NCBI GenBank assembly: GCA_965225945.1
Contig: CBDDBZ010000035.1
Location: 320,001 to 384,000 of the forward strand
Source: Alphaproteobacteria bacterium
GTDB taxonomy: Bacteria; Pseudomonadota; Alphaproteobacteria; GCA-2731375
DNA length: 64,000 nt
Direction: 5' to 3'
Shown: positions 50,598 to 60,701 of the stretch, in pieces
How the letters are laid out: each line of letters starts with the position of its first letter
Numbering within the stretch: position 1 is the stretch's first letter
The notes under the pieces: generated by a model
Told to the model about the DNA's origin: nothing
Database searches by the model: none
What the model saw: only the letters and a program-made list of their open reading frames with translations
Translations under genes and position numbers: made by a program

Positions 50598-50732
50598 CTA
50601 GACCAGGAAAACCGCCATGAGAATTAACAAAATCGCGACCAAGGCCCCGCCACAGAGCATCACACGGCAAAAGCCGGTCCAAGTGTCCTGTTTGGCCCGA
50701 AGCTCCGCGTCGCCTTGTGCTTGGTCGACCAT
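50598..50732 (-). CDS. Small membrane protein, aa3-type cytochrome c oxidase subunit IV family
   Basis: MVDQAQGDAELRAKQDTWTGFCRVMLCGGALVAILLILMAVFLV*; RBS GGAGG; below the ORF-track length cutoff. Confidence 0.75.
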   Translation of the reverse strand: MVDQAQGDAELRAKQDTWTGFCRVMLCGGALVAILLILMAVFLV

Positions 50733-50857
50733 GTCGATCCACCTCCCAAGTCGCGTGCTCGCGCGGAATATAGCAAGGATGTCCGCCGGATCAATGCTTT
50801 GCCTCGGCGAAACGGGTTGCGTCGAAGTGACGCCCCCGGGGGGAAATCGCGTTGGCG

Positions 50858-51796
50858 CTATGGCGCCGCCTTCGGTTGGTGGCCGACGGACTCAGCATAC
50901 TTCGCCAATTCCGCCTCGCCCATGAACTCACGCTCCCAGCTCATGATCTGGTCGAAGCCGGCGAAGGTGTGGAAATCGCCCATGGGGTGATCGGAGAATC
51001 GATCGATGAAGGTCTTCTCCGCCATCGGTCCCTCGTCCCGCAGGGCGACCGCCAGATCGTAGACCGCCTGCATCGTCGCTCTCAGCGTCGCCCCCGGCGC
51101 GATGGTGATGGCGATGCCGAGTTCCTGCATCTCCTGCTGGCTGAAGCGCGGTGAAATTCCGGTCTGGTTGTAGAGAATCGGCCCCTCGACCTCGGCGCAG
51201 ACGCGGCGGACCTCGTCGACGTCGACCGGCCCCTCGACGAAGGCGACGTCGGCGCCGGCGGCGAGATAGGCGTTGGCGCGGCGGATCGCATCGTCGAGCG
51301 TGCCGCCGTGGGCGCCGCGCGCATCGGTGCGGGCGATGATGACGAAATCGGGATCGACCTCGCCCCGCGCGAAATCGGCCGCCCTGTACTTGCCGCAGGC
51401 CTCCTCGATTCCGATCACCTGACGTCCGGCGACATGGCCGCAGCGCTTGGGCGCCACTTGGTCCTCGATGTGGATCGCCGCGACCCCGGTCTGGGCGTAT
51501 TCCTTGACCGTGCGGATGACGTTGATGGCGTTGCCGTAGCCGGTGTCCGAATCGGCGATCACCGGCACCGTGGTGGCGTTGGCGATCGCCCGCGCGTTCA
51601 GGTGCATCTCGCTCATCGTCGCCAGGCCGACGTCCGGCAGGCCCAAGAGCGAGAGCGAGGTGCCGTAGCCGGACATGTAGATCGCCGGGAAGCCGACCGC
51701 GTCTAGAATGCGGGCGCTGAGCGCGTTGTAGCAGCCGGGCACGAACAGGGTCTCGCCGGCGGCCAGCAGCTCGCGAAGGCGGGTCGTCTTGCGCAT
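50858..51796 (-). CDS. Isocitrate lyase/PEP mutase family lyase (PrpB/2,3-dimethylmalate lyase-like)
   Basis: YMSG, DSDTGYG, IEDQVAPKRCGH, IIARTDA. Confidence 0.92.
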   Translation of the reverse strand: MRKTTRLRELLAAGETLFVPGCYNALSARILDAVGFPAIYMSGYGTSLSLLGLPDVGLATMSEMHLNARAIANATTVPVIADSDTGYGNAINVIRTVKEYAQTGVAAIHIEDQVAPKRCGHVAGRQVIGIEEACGKYRAADFARGEVDPDFVIIARTDARGAHGGTLDDAIRRANAYLAAGADVAFVEGPVDVDEVRRVCAEVEGPILYNQTGISPRFSQQEMQELGIAITIAPGATLRATMQAVYDLAVALRDEGPMAEKTFIDRFSDHPMGDFHTFAGFDQIMSWEREFMGEAELAKYAESVGHQPKAAP

Positions 51797-51820
51797 GGGA
51801 GTCTCCCTCGATTGCGCTGG

Positions 51821-52435
51821 TCAGGTATCCAGCCAGTCGTGGCTTCGGCGATGTTCGGCCTCGAAGGCGTCGAACTCGGGCCCGTAGGTCAGGGTCACGT
51901 CGATGTCGTCGAGGCCGTTCACCATCCGGTATTTGTCGAAGGCGTCGATCTCGAAGGCCATCGTGCGTCCGTCCGGGCCGCTCACCGTCTGAGCTTCCAG
52001 GTCGAGGGCGATTCTCCTCCCCGGGCGCGCGTGGAGCTGGCGGCGGAGATCGTCGCAGACCGCGCGGGCGAGGCGGACCGGCAGCACGCCGTTCTTCATG
52101 CAGTTGTTGTAATGGATGTCGCCGAAACTCGGCGCGATGACCGAGCGGAAGCGGTTGGCGAGCAAAGCGTGTACCGCCGCCTCGCGCGACGAGCCGCAAC
52201 CCCAGTTGAGGTCGGCGACGACGATCCGCGCCTCGCGAAATTCCGGCCGGTTGTAAATGAAGTCGGCCCGTTCCCCACCCTCGGAATCGAATCGGAGGTC
52301 GTGGAACAGCACCCGGTCGTAGTCGGGCGTCTCCGGCTCCAGCCTGAGAAAGCGGGCCGGGATGATCCGGTCGGTATCGCAGTTCGGGATGTCGATCGGC
52401 AGCGCCGCCGCCTCGAAGGTGGTGAAGGCCTCCAT
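51821..52435 (-). CDS. LeuD-like dehydratase small subunit
   Basis: NCDTDRIIPARFL, NWGCGSSREAA, SFGDIH..N. Confidence 0.92.
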   Translation of the reverse strand: MEAFTTFEAAALPIDIPNCDTDRIIPARFLRLEPETPDYDRVLFHDLRFDSEGGERADFIYNRPEFREARIVVADLNWGCGSSREAAVHALLANRFRSVIAPSFGDIHYNNCMKNGVLPVRLARAVCDDLRRQLHARPGRRIALDLEAQTVSGPDGRTMAFEIDAFDKYRMVNGLDDIDVTLTYGPEFDAFEAEHRRSHDWLDT

Positions 52436-52436
52436 C

Positions 52437-53840
52437 TCAGGCCCCTTCGCTCAAGCGGCGAACGTCGGTGAAGCGCCCGGTGACGGCGGCGGCGGCCGCC
52501 ATCGCCGGGCCGACCAGATGGGTTCGGCTGCCGGGTCCCTGGCGGCCTTGGAAATTGCGGTTGCTGGTGGAGGCCGAACGCTGGCCCGGCGCCACCAAAT
52601 CGCCGTTCATGGCGACGCACATGGAACAGCCGGGAAGCCGCCACTCGAAACCCGCGTCGGTGAAAATCCGGTCCAGGCCCTCCGCCTCGGCTTGGGCCTT
52701 CACCAGGCCGGAGCCGGGGACGACCAGGGTCGGCACCACCGCCTTGCGACCCCGGGCTATGCCTGCGGCGGCGCGAAGATCCTCGATCCGGCTGTTGGTG
52801 CAGGAGCCGATGAAGACCCGGTCGACGGCGATCTCCTCGATCCTGGTGCCGGGCGTCAGACCCATGTAGTCGAGCGCCGCCCGCATTGCCTCGCGCCGGT
52901 CGGCGTCGCCCGCCTCGGCCGGGTCGGGAATGCGTCCCGTAACCGGCACCGCGTCTTGCGGACTGTTGCCCCACGTCACCATCGGCGCGATGGCGGCCGC
53001 GTCCAGCGACACCTCCTCGTCGAAAACCGCGTCCCCGTCGCTTCGAAGGCGGCGCCAATGGGCCACCGCGCGCTCCCATCTCTCGGCCTCGGGCGCGAAG
53101 GGCCGGCCGGCGACATAGTCGATCGTCGAATCGTCGGGGGCGACGATGCCGGTGCGCGAGCCGGCCTCGATGGTCATGTTGCAAAGCGTCATCCGGCCCT
53201 CGAGAGAGAGCGCGCGGATCGCCGAGCCGGCGTATTCGATCGCGTAACCGACGCCGCCGGCGGCACCGATGACGCGGATGATCTCGATGATCACGTCCTT
53301 CGCCACGACGCCCGGGCCGAGCGTGCCCTCGACAGAGATGCGCATGGTCTTGGGGCGGCGCTGCCAGATCGCCTGGGTCGCCATCACGTGCGCCACCTCG
53401 GAGGCGCCGATGCCGAAGCTGAGAGTTCCGAGCGCGCCGTGGGTCGAGGTGTGGGAGTCGCCGCAAACGAGGGTGATGCCGGGGAGCGTGATGCCCTGCT
53501 CCGGCCCCACGATATGGGCAATCCCCTGCCGTTCGTCGCCCCAGGGGAAGAGCCGGACGCCGAACTCCGCGCAGTTCTCGTCGATCGCCCGCACGATCTC
53601 GCGCGCCCGAGGGTCGGCGAGGTCGTCGAGCGCGGCCGAGTGGGTGGGGGTGTAGTGGTCGGGCGTGGCGAAGGTCTGATTGGGCCGCCGCACCCGCCGG
53701 CCTTGCTTGCGCAGCGCGCGGAAGGCGGCGAAGGAGCCGTCGTGGCAGAGATGGCGGTCGATATAGAGCAGCGTTTGCCCGTCGTCCCGCGCGACGATCA
53801 CGTGGTCGTCCCAGATCTTGTCGAATAGCGTCTTGGCCAC
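52437..53840 (-). CDS. LeuC-like [4Fe-4S] dehydratase large subunit
   Basis: [34 protein letters not shown]; atypical HLCHDGS. Confidence 0.93.
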   Translation of the reverse strand: MAKTLFDKIWDDHVIVARDDGQTLLYIDRHLCHDGSFAAFRALRKQGRRVRRPNQTFATPDHYTPTHSAALDDLADPRAREIVRAIDENCAEFGVRLFPWGDERQGIAHIVGPEQGITLPGITLVCGDSHTSTHGALGTLSFGIGASEVAHVMATQAIWQRRPKTMRISVEGTLGPGVVAKDVIIEIIRVIGAAGGVGYAIEYAGSAIRALSLEGRMTLCNMTIEAGSRTGIVAPDDSTIDYVAGRPFAPEAERWERAVAHWRRLRSDGDAVFDEEVSLDAAAIAPMVTWGNSPQDAVPVTGRIPDPAEAGDADRREAMRAALDYMGLTPGTRIEEIAVDRVFIGSCTNSRIEDLRAAAGIARGRKAVVPTLVVPGSGLVKAQAEAEGLDRIFTDAGFEWRLPGCSMCVAMNGDLVAPGQRSASTSNRNFQGRQGPGSRTHLVGPAMAAAAAVTGRFTDVRRLSEGA

Positions 53841-53962
53841 GGTCCACGTCCTCCCAGATCGCCCCGGCTGGGTCGCCCGAGGTATACGACGGCCTCGCCG
53901 AAGTGCCAAACGGGCGCGCGTCGCGCTAGTCTGCCGGGCGGCGAGCCGGCCGAGGCGCAGGT

Positions 53963-54937
53963 TTATTTCGATCGCTCCGCGTTCCGCGTGGCGACCGCCT
54001 CGGCCACCAGGCACAGCAGCTCGTACATCAGGGTGGCGCCGACCAGCGCGGTGTTGCCGCTCGGATCGAAGGGCGGCGCCACCTCCACGACATCGGCGCC
54101 GACGAGGTTCAGGCCGCGAAGACCACGCAGCAGCCGTTGCGCCTCGATGGTGGTGATGCCGCCGACCTCGGGCGTGCCGGTACCGGGCGCGTAAACCGGG
54201 TCCAGACCGTCGACGTCGAAGGAGATATAGGTCGCCTCCTGGCCGACGACGCGGCGCGCCTCCGCCACCACGGCGTCGACCCCGAGCTCGGTGAACTCCT
54301 CCATGAAGATCACCCGCATGCCGGAATCGAGCGAGAAGTCCCAGCCGCTCTCGGTGTTCTGCGCGCCCCGGATGCCGATCTGCACCGTTCGCCTCGGGTC
54401 CAGCAGGCCTTCCTCCACGGCCCGGCGAAAGGGCGAGCCGTGATGAAACTTCGAGCCCTGGAATTCGTCCCAGGTGTCGGTATGGGCATCGACATGGACC
54501 ATGCCCAACGGCCGGGCGTGCGCGATGGCGCGAAAGATCGGCAGCGTGATCGTGTGATCGCCGCCGGCGCTGATCGGCACCGCGCCGGCGCCATGCAGGG
54601 TAGCGTAGAAGGCCTCGATTTCGCCCAACGCCGCCTCGATGTCGTAGGCCTGCTGGAACGCCACGTCGCCGACGTCGGCCACCCGGCAGAGCGCGTGGGG
54701 ATTGATCCGCGTCACGTGGTGATAGGCCCGCATCAGACTCGACATGTTGCGGATCTCACGCGGGCCGTGCCGGGCGCCGGGCCGGTTGGAGGTGCCGCCG
54801 TCGAAGGGCACGCCGGCGAGCGCGACGTCGACGTCCCCGGGATCGCTGGCCAGGGGCGCGCGCATGAAGGTGGCGATCTCCGCGTAGCGCGGCGCGAACA
54901 TGGCCCGCATGTCGCCCGAATCGAGTTCCTCGGACAT
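53963..54937 (-). CDS. speB: Agmatinase/guanidino-acid amidinohydrolase (ureohydrolase)
   Basis: [29 protein letters not shown]. Confidence 0.85.
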   Translation of the reverse strand: MSEELDSGDMRAMFAPRYAEIATFMRAPLASDPGDVDVALAGVPFDGGTSNRPGARHGPREIRNMSSLMRAYHHVTRINPHALCRVADVGDVAFQQAYDIEAALGEIEAFYATLHGAGAVPISAGGDHTITLPIFRAIAHARPLGMVHVDAHTDTWDEFQGSKFHHGSPFRRAVEEGLLDPRRTVQIGIRGAQNTESGWDFSLDSGMRVIFMEEFTELGVDAVVAEARRVVGQEATYISFDVDGLDPVYAPGTGTPEVGGITTIEAQRLLRGLRGLNLVGADVVEVAPPFDPSGNTALVGATLMYELLCLVAEAVATRNAERSK

Positions 54938-55057
54938 CGCATCACTCCCCTGTTTCCTCGCTCCCCGGGATCGGTGGATCGTAACATGCGCGCGTCGCGT
55001 CGCTGGCGGCGTTCGCAGCCTCTGGCGAGGGCGGGCGAATCGGGCTAAGCGTCATCG

Positions 55058-55759
55058 ATGCTGGTCAACGGCGTCGATCTCGTTCCCAACCCCCAGGGCG
55101 GCCTCTATTGGCCCGAAGAGGCCATGCTGGTGGTCGCCGACCTGCATTTCGAGAAGGGCTCCGCCTTTGCCCGCCGGGGAGTGCCGCTGCCGCCCTACGA
55201 TTCCCGCGCGACGCTGGCGCGCCTGAGCGAAATGATCCGACGCCACGACCCGGCGCGGATCCTCTGCCTCGGCGACAGCTTCCACGATTCCGGCGCGCCG
55301 GGGCGGCTCGGCGAGGTGGAGATCGCGAGCCTCGAGGCCTTGGCGGCGGGGCGGGCGTGGCTCTGGATCGCGGGTAACCACGATCCGGCGCCGCCCGCAT
55401 GGCTGCCGGGCGAGGTCCACCAAGAAGTGGCGATCGGCCGGCTCCGCTTCCGCCACGAGCCCTCGCTCGACGCAGACCCGGGGGAGGTCGCCGGTCACCT
55501 CCACCCGAAGGCGGCGATCCGCTTGCGCGGACGCCGCCTGGTCAGACGCTGCTTCGCGACCGACGGCCAGCGCCTGGTGCTGCCCGCGCTCGGCGCCTAC
55601 GCCGGCGGCCTCGACGTCTTGGACCCGGCCTTTCGGCCGCTCTTTCCCGAGGGTTTTCAGGCCTTGCTACTGGGTCGCGATCGCATTCACGTCGTCGCCG
55701 CGCATCGCCTCTCGCCGATCGCGGCGCGAGTCAGCGACGCGATGCCAGGAGGCGCCTGA
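55058..55759 (+). CDS. pdeM: Ligase-associated DNA damage response metallophosphoesterase
   Basis: VADLHFEKGS, LPPYD, CLGDSFHD, GNHD, GHLHP. Confidence 0.88.
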   Translation: MLVNGVDLVPNPQGGLYWPEEAMLVVADLHFEKGSAFARRGVPLPPYDSRATLARLSEMIRRHDPARILCLGDSFHDSGAPGRLGEVEIASLEALAAGRAWLWIAGNHDPAPPAWLPGEVHQEVAIGRLRFRHEPSLDADPGEVAGHLHPKAAIRLRGRRLVRRCFATDGQRLVLPALGAYAGGLDVLDPAFRPLFPEGFQALLLGRDRIHVVAAHRLSPIAARVSDAMPGGA

Positions 55760-56279
55760 GGACCGCCGTGATGCCCTTGTCGAAGGTGAAGAACTTGTGG
55801 CAGGCGAAGGAATAGAAGGCGACCAGGGCGATGGCGACGAAATGACCACTGGCCTCGCCGTTGGCCAGAACGGGCCCCAGCATGGGGACCTCCGCCGCCG
55901 CGGCCGCCAGCAGGGGCATGACAGCGGTCCTGAGACCCGCCGCGATGACCACGGTCAACAGGAGGCCGCCCATGGAGACGATGATGAAGGTGCGGATCTC
56001 CTGGTGGGTGCGACGTCCCGAGCGGGAAAAGGTGAAGGCGCGGTTCAACAGGTAGCTGACCGCCATGCCGGCGAGAAAGCCGATGGTGACGGCGGATTTG
56101 TAGGAAACCGGGCCGTCCCATCCGGCGACGTCGTAGAGCAACACTCCGACGCCGAAATTGGTCGCCGCGGCGAGCCCGGAAAAGATCAGATAGCGCAGGA
56201 ACTGAGTGCGACCATAGACCGCGAGGATCCGCCCGAGGATGCCGGGGGCGACAATCTCTGGGTTCGGGTCCGCGCTCAT
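55731..56279 (-). CDS. GtrA-family membrane protein
   Basis: QFLRY, YLLNRAFTF, HKFFTF. Confidence 0.85.
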   Translation of the reverse strand: MSADPNPEIVAPGILGRILAVYGRTQFLRYLIFSGLAAATNFGVGVLLYDVAGWDGPVSYKSAVTIGFLAGMAVSYLLNRAFTFSRSGRRTHQEIRTFIIVSMGGLLLTVVIAAGLRTAVMPLLAAAAAEVPMLGPVLANGEASGHFVAIALVAFYSFACHKFFTFDKGITAVLRRLLASRR

Positions 56280-56338
56280 TCCCCGCCGTCCAGGGAGGCG
56301 GTCGAAACGCCTGGAACCGGCGGTCCCGACATCGCCCT

Positions 56339-56968
56339 CTAAAAGGTCCGCGCCGCGATCAGCTCGTCCGGCATCTCCGCCTGGCGCAGAAATTGCGCCA
56401 AAACATGCATGATCGATTGATGCAGGTCTTCCGTGACGCCGTAGTTGTCGCTCTCGCAGTGGAGCGCGACGTCGGCGAGCGCCTTCGTGCGGCCGCCGGC
56501 GAAGCCGGCGAACGCGATGGTGACCAGACCGTGGTCCTTGGCCCAGCGGACGGCGCGCACGACATTCTCGGAATCACCCGAGGAGGAGATGGTAATCAAC
56601 ACGTCGCCCGGTTCGGCCAGCGCGCCGAGCTGGCGGACGAAGACCTCGTCGTATTCGATGTCGTTGGCGAGTGCCGTCAGCAGCTCGACATTGCTCGAGA
56701 GGCTGACGACGCGCGGCCGGAGCCGCGTGTCCGTCGCCGTGCCCTTGACGTGATCGCAGACCAGATGATTGGCGATCGATGCCGAGCCCCCGTTGCCACA
56801 ACAGAAGATCCAACGACGCGCGCGGTAGGCGGCGAGCAAAAGCGAGGCCGCCTGGGCCAGGGCGTCCGCGTCGAGGGAGGCGCTGGCTCGGCGATAGCCC
56901 TCGACATAGTCGCGGAAAAATTCGTCGACCCCGGCATAGGGTCGATCGGGAAACGACACCTGCGTCAC
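56339..56968 (-). CDS. SIS-domain protein (GmhA-like phosphoheptose isomerase)
   Basis: CGNGGSA, TALAND, ISSSGDSENV, EDLH. Confidence 0.88.
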   Translation of the reverse strand: MTQVSFPDRPYAGVDEFFRDYVEGYRRASASLDADALAQAASLLLAAYRARRWIFCCGNGGSASIANHLVCDHVKGTATDTRLRPRVVSLSSNVELLTALANDIEYDEVFVRQLGALAEPGDVLITISSSGDSENVVRAVRWAKDHGLVTIAFAGFAGGRTKALADVALHCESDNYGVTEDLHQSIMHVLAQFLRQAEMPDELIAARTF

Positions 56969-57096
56969 CTCCCCACCGGCTCGGGCACGCGCGACGCTCG
57001 CTCGCCACGCGGCGACAATGATAGCACAAATAGCGTGCCTGGCGCGGGCCGGCAGCGATGTCGTGGCCGCGCGGTGCCGCGGGTGCGGATGATGCC

Positions 57097-57306
57097 TTAG
57101 TCCTGGACCACCAGGTTTTCCGCCGAGGTGCGACCGTCGTGTCCGGGCACCAGGTCGAATTGGATTTTCTGACCCTCGCGCAGGCCGGCGAGGCCCGCTC
57201 GCTGCACCGCCGAGATATGCACGAAGGCATCATTCGAGCCGTCATCCGGCTGGATGAAGCCGAAACCCTTCGTGGCGTTGAACCATTTGACCGTACCGTT
57301 GGCCAT
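57097..57306 (-). CDS. Cold-shock protein (CspA family)
   Basis: [22 protein letters not shown]. Confidence 0.96.
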   Translation of the reverse strand: MANGTVKWFNATKGFGFIQPDDGSNDAFVHISAVQRAGLAGLREGQKIQFDLVPGHDGRTSAENLVVQD

Positions 57307-57558
57307 GTCTCGTCCCCTTGTCGTCATCTCGAAAGTCGCGCCAGCGGGACCGGACGCGGCCATCCCCCGGGTAGTCCTTCGGCAACAGGGCAAGACTAGC
57401 CACAGCGATGGCTTTGGCGCAAGCAGCGGCGCCGTCGGTCGCGTCGAGGTCGCGGGCGATTTTACTGATCGTCATGGCCCCACGCCTCTTGCGTGCTGGC
57501 CGGGATTGCGGCTTGCTTCGGGCGCTACCATCGCCTCGTCGAGGGGAGGCGGCGAAGG

Positions 57559-58611
57559 ATGTCGACAGGCCTGGTTCGCGTCATCCCGGCCCTGCTGGCG
57601 CTGCTGTTGAGCGGCGGCGTCCAGGGCGAGCCGTGGCGCTCCCGCGAGATCGCGGTGAGCGGGGGGATCGAGGCCCTGGTTCGTCACGGACGCGCGGTCC
57701 TGGTACGGACGCGGATGCCCGGGGCGGGCGGCACGCGCTACCAGAAGGTCCATCGGGGACCAAAAGGTCTGCTGCTGGAAGCCCTGGTCGATTTCGACAT
57801 CGCCTCGCCCGAGTGGCGCGAGGACATGCTGGCGGACGGCGAGGTGCGCTTCGGCCGCGCCGGCATCGTCGAGGCCTGGCTCGCCGGACCCACCCGTCGC
57901 TACGATCACGCGGTGCTGGGCGACGACATCGAGGCCTCGGCGGTGGTGGCGATCGACGATCTGAGGCGCCGTCATCGCTTTGCGCTTCCGGCGGACAAGG
58001 TGTTCGAGGACCGCCTCGCCCGGGTGGTCGACATGGACGGCGACGGGCAGAACGAAATCGTCGTCGTCCGCTCCGATCTCGACCTCGGCGCCGCCCTCGT
58101 GGTCCTCGGCCTGGTCGACGGCGAACTGCGCCTGCTGGCCGAGACGCCACCGATCGGGCTTGCCCATCGCTGGCTCAACCCGGCGGGCTTCGGCGATTTC
58201 GACGGCGACGGCCGGCGCGAGGTGGCGATCGTCGTCACCCCGCACATCGGGGGGAGCTTGCAAATTTACGAGTTCACCCGCGCCGGCATGCGCCGAGAGG
58301 GCTCGGCGCCGGGCTTCTCCAACCACGTCATGGGAAGCCGGGAACTCGGCCTCTCCGCCGTGCTCGACGCGGACGGGGACGGGATCGACGATCTGGCGCT
58401 GCCGAGCGCCGATCGACGGGCGATCCGCATCGTCGGCTTTTCCGGGGGAAACTTTCGCGAGATCGCCCGCGTGGCGCACGAATCACGCATCGTCACCGCC
58501 GTGCGAACCGTCGACTTCGACGCCGACGGCCGGCTGGAATTGGTGTACGGCCTGGCCGACGACCGCCTGGTTTGGACCGCTCCGGGCGCGGCGGCGAACA
58601 CCAAGAATTGA
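57559..58611 (+). CDS. Secreted FG-GAP/VCBS repeat protein
   Basis: RYDHAVLGDDIEA, DMDGDGQNE, DFDGDGRRE, TPHIGG. Confidence 0.87.
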   Translation: MSTGLVRVIPALLALLLSGGVQGEPWRSREIAVSGGIEALVRHGRAVLVRTRMPGAGGTRYQKVHRGPKGLLLEALVDFDIASPEWREDMLADGEVRFGRAGIVEAWLAGPTRRYDHAVLGDDIEASAVVAIDDLRRRHRFALPADKVFEDRLARVVDMDGDGQNEIVVVRSDLDLGAALVVLGLVDGELRLLAETPPIGLAHRWLNPAGFGDFDGDGRREVAIVVTPHIGGSLQIYEFTRAGMRREGSAPGFSNHVMGSRELGLSAVLDADGDGIDDLALPSADRRAIRIVGFSGGNFREIARVAHESRIVTAVRTVDFDADGRLELVYGLADDRLVWTAPGAAANTKN

Positions 58612-58822
58612 ACTCCGCGTTGCCGACGCGTCGGCCGACACGGATTATCATGGCGAACTTCGATCCGGGACCCGGCGCCCACGCCGGAGCGCGAGGAAAT
58701 GGCAACCGAAAGTCGCTTTGACGCCGGGTGCAAAATCGCGCTATTCAGCGTTCTGGATATTGGGGCCGGCCGGGGGCCGGCGCCGTCTTCGCGTCTTTTG
58801 GGCTGAGATGGATCGCGTGGCC

Positions 58823-60700
58823 ATGAGGGCGAGCAGCACCGTTGAACAGTTGCCGTCGGACGGCGCCAAGCGCCGATCGCTGGAATCGGTCGTTATCCGC
58901 TTCGCCGGAGATTCGGGCGACGGGGTGCAATTGACCGGCAGCCAGTTCACCCAAGCGACGGCTCTGGCCGGCAACGATCTGGCCACCTTCCCCGACTTTC
59001 CGGCGGAAATCCGCGCGCCGATCGGCACCACTTACGGCGTCTCCGCCTTCCAGATCAATTTCGGCGCCCGCAAGATCATGACGGCGGGCGACCAGCCGGA
59101 CGTGCTGGTGGCGCTGAACCCGGCCGCGCTCATGGTCAACCTCGGCGACCTGAAGAAGGGCGGCATGGTGATCATCGATGCCGGCGCGGTCAACGACCGC
59201 AACCTGCGCAAGGCCGGATTCAGGACCAATCCGCTGGAGGACGACAGCCTCGATGATTTCGTCGTCTTCCCGATCGACGTCTCCAAGATGACGCTCGCGG
59301 CGGTCAAGCACATCGGCCTCAGCCAGAAGGACGCGCTGCGCTGCAAGAACCTCTGGACCCTCGGGCTGGTCTATTGGCTCTATGACCGGGAGCGCGCGCC
59401 GACCGTCGAATGGCTCGAGGCCAAATTCGCCAAGCGGCCGGAGATCGCGAAAGCCAACATCGCGGCCCTCAACGCCGGCCACGCCTATGCCGAGACGGCG
59501 GAGCTGCCGAGCGGACTCATCGGCTATGCGGTCGAGGCGGCCGAGATCCCGCCCGGCCTCTATCGCACCGTCACCGGCGCCGAGGCGTTGGCCTGGGGCC
59601 TGGCCGCGGGTAGCCAGCTCGCCTCGATCAAGATGGTGTTCGCCTCCTATCCGATCACGCCGGCCTCGAACCTGCTGCATGTGCTCGCCAACATGAAGCA
59701 TTTCGACATCATGACCTTCCAGGCGGAGGACGAGATGGCCGCCGTCTGCGCCGCGATCGGCGCCTCCTACGCGGGCTCGATCGGCGTGACCTCGAGTTCC
59801 GGTCCCGGTATCGCCCTCAAGGGGGAGGCGATCGGCCTCGCGATCAGCACCGAGCTGCCGTTGGTGGTGGTCAATTCACAACGCGCCGGCCCCTCGACGG
59901 GCATGCCGACCAAGACCGAGCAGTCGGACCTGCATCAGGCCGTGTTCGGTCGCAACGCCGACTCGCCGGCGATCGTCATCGCCGCCCGCTCGCCTACCGA
60001 CGCCTTCGAATGCGGTATCGAGGCGATCCGTCTCGCCACCAAGTTCATGTCGCCGGTGATCCTGCTGAGCGACGGCTACATCGCCAACGCGGCGGAGCCC
60101 TGGCGCATCCCGGACATGGCCGACTACCCGCCCTTCCCCGTGGTCTTCCACGAGGAGGCCGAAGACTTCCACCCCTTCCAGCGGGTGCCGGAGACCGGGG
60201 CCCGGGTCTGGGCGGTGCCGGGCACGCCCGGCCTGGAGCATCGCATCGGCGGCATCGAGAAGGATTTCGCCTCGGGCCATATCAGCTATGACCCCGAAAA
60301 CCACGCGACGATGACCGCCGTGCGCGCCGAGAAGATACTGGGGGTCGCGAACGACGTGCCGGAACAGGCCGTCGACCAGGGCGAGCCCGGCGGCAAAATT
60401 GCCATCGTCGGCTGGGGCTCGACCTATGGGCCGATCAGCCGCGCGATCAACAACCTGCGCCAGGAAAGCGTCGACGTCAGCCACATTCATCTGCGCCATA
60501 TCTGGCCGCTGCCGCGCAATCTGGGCGAGCTGCTGGCCGGCTACGACAAGGTCCTGTTGCCCGAGATGAATCGGGGCCAGCTCTTGACGCTGCTCCGCTC
60601 GGAATATCTGATCCCGGCCGAAGGCCTGAACAAGGTCACCGGCCAGCCCTTCAAGATCGCCGAAATCATGACCGCGATCCTTGCCCTGAACGAGGCCTGA
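58823..60700 (+). CDS. korA: 2-oxoacid:ferredoxin oxidoreductase alpha subunit
   Basis: FAGDSGDG, YPITPAS, QAEDE, QRAGPSTG.PTK. Confidence 0.9.
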   Translation: MRASSTVEQLPSDGAKRRSLESVVIRFAGDSGDGVQLTGSQFTQATALAGNDLATFPDFPAEIRAPIGTTYGVSAFQINFGARKIMTAGDQPDVLVALNPAALMVNLGDLKKGGMVIIDAGAVNDRNLRKAGFRTNPLEDDSLDDFVVFPIDVSKMTLAAVKHIGLSQKDALRCKNLWTLGLVYWLYDRERAPTVEWLEAKFAKRPEIAKANIAALNAGHAYAETAELPSGLIGYAVEAAEIPPGLYRTVTGAEALAWGLAAGSQLASIKMVFASYPITPASNLLHVLANMKHFDIMTFQAEDEMAAVCAAIGASYAGSIGVTSSSGPGIALKGEAIGLAISTELPLVVVNSQRAGPSTGMPTKTEQSDLHQAVFGRNADSPAIVIAARSPTDAFECGIEAIRLATKFMSPVILLSDGYIANAAEPWRIPDMADYPPFPVVFHEEAEDFHPFQRVPETGARVWAVPGTPGLEHRIGGIEKDFASGHISYDPENHATMTAVRAEKILGVANDVPEQAVDQGEPGGKIAIVGWGSTYGPISRAINNLRQESVDVSHIHLRHIWPLPRNLGELLAGYDKVLLPEMNRGQLLTLLRSEYLIPAEGLNKVTGQPFKIAEIMTAILALNEA

Positions 60701-60701
60701 G

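Noticed and set aside
51821-53840. Naming these genes leuC/leuD of leucine biosynthesis
   Set aside because: Active-site region diverges from canonical LeuC and the genes are linked to a lyase rather than leuB
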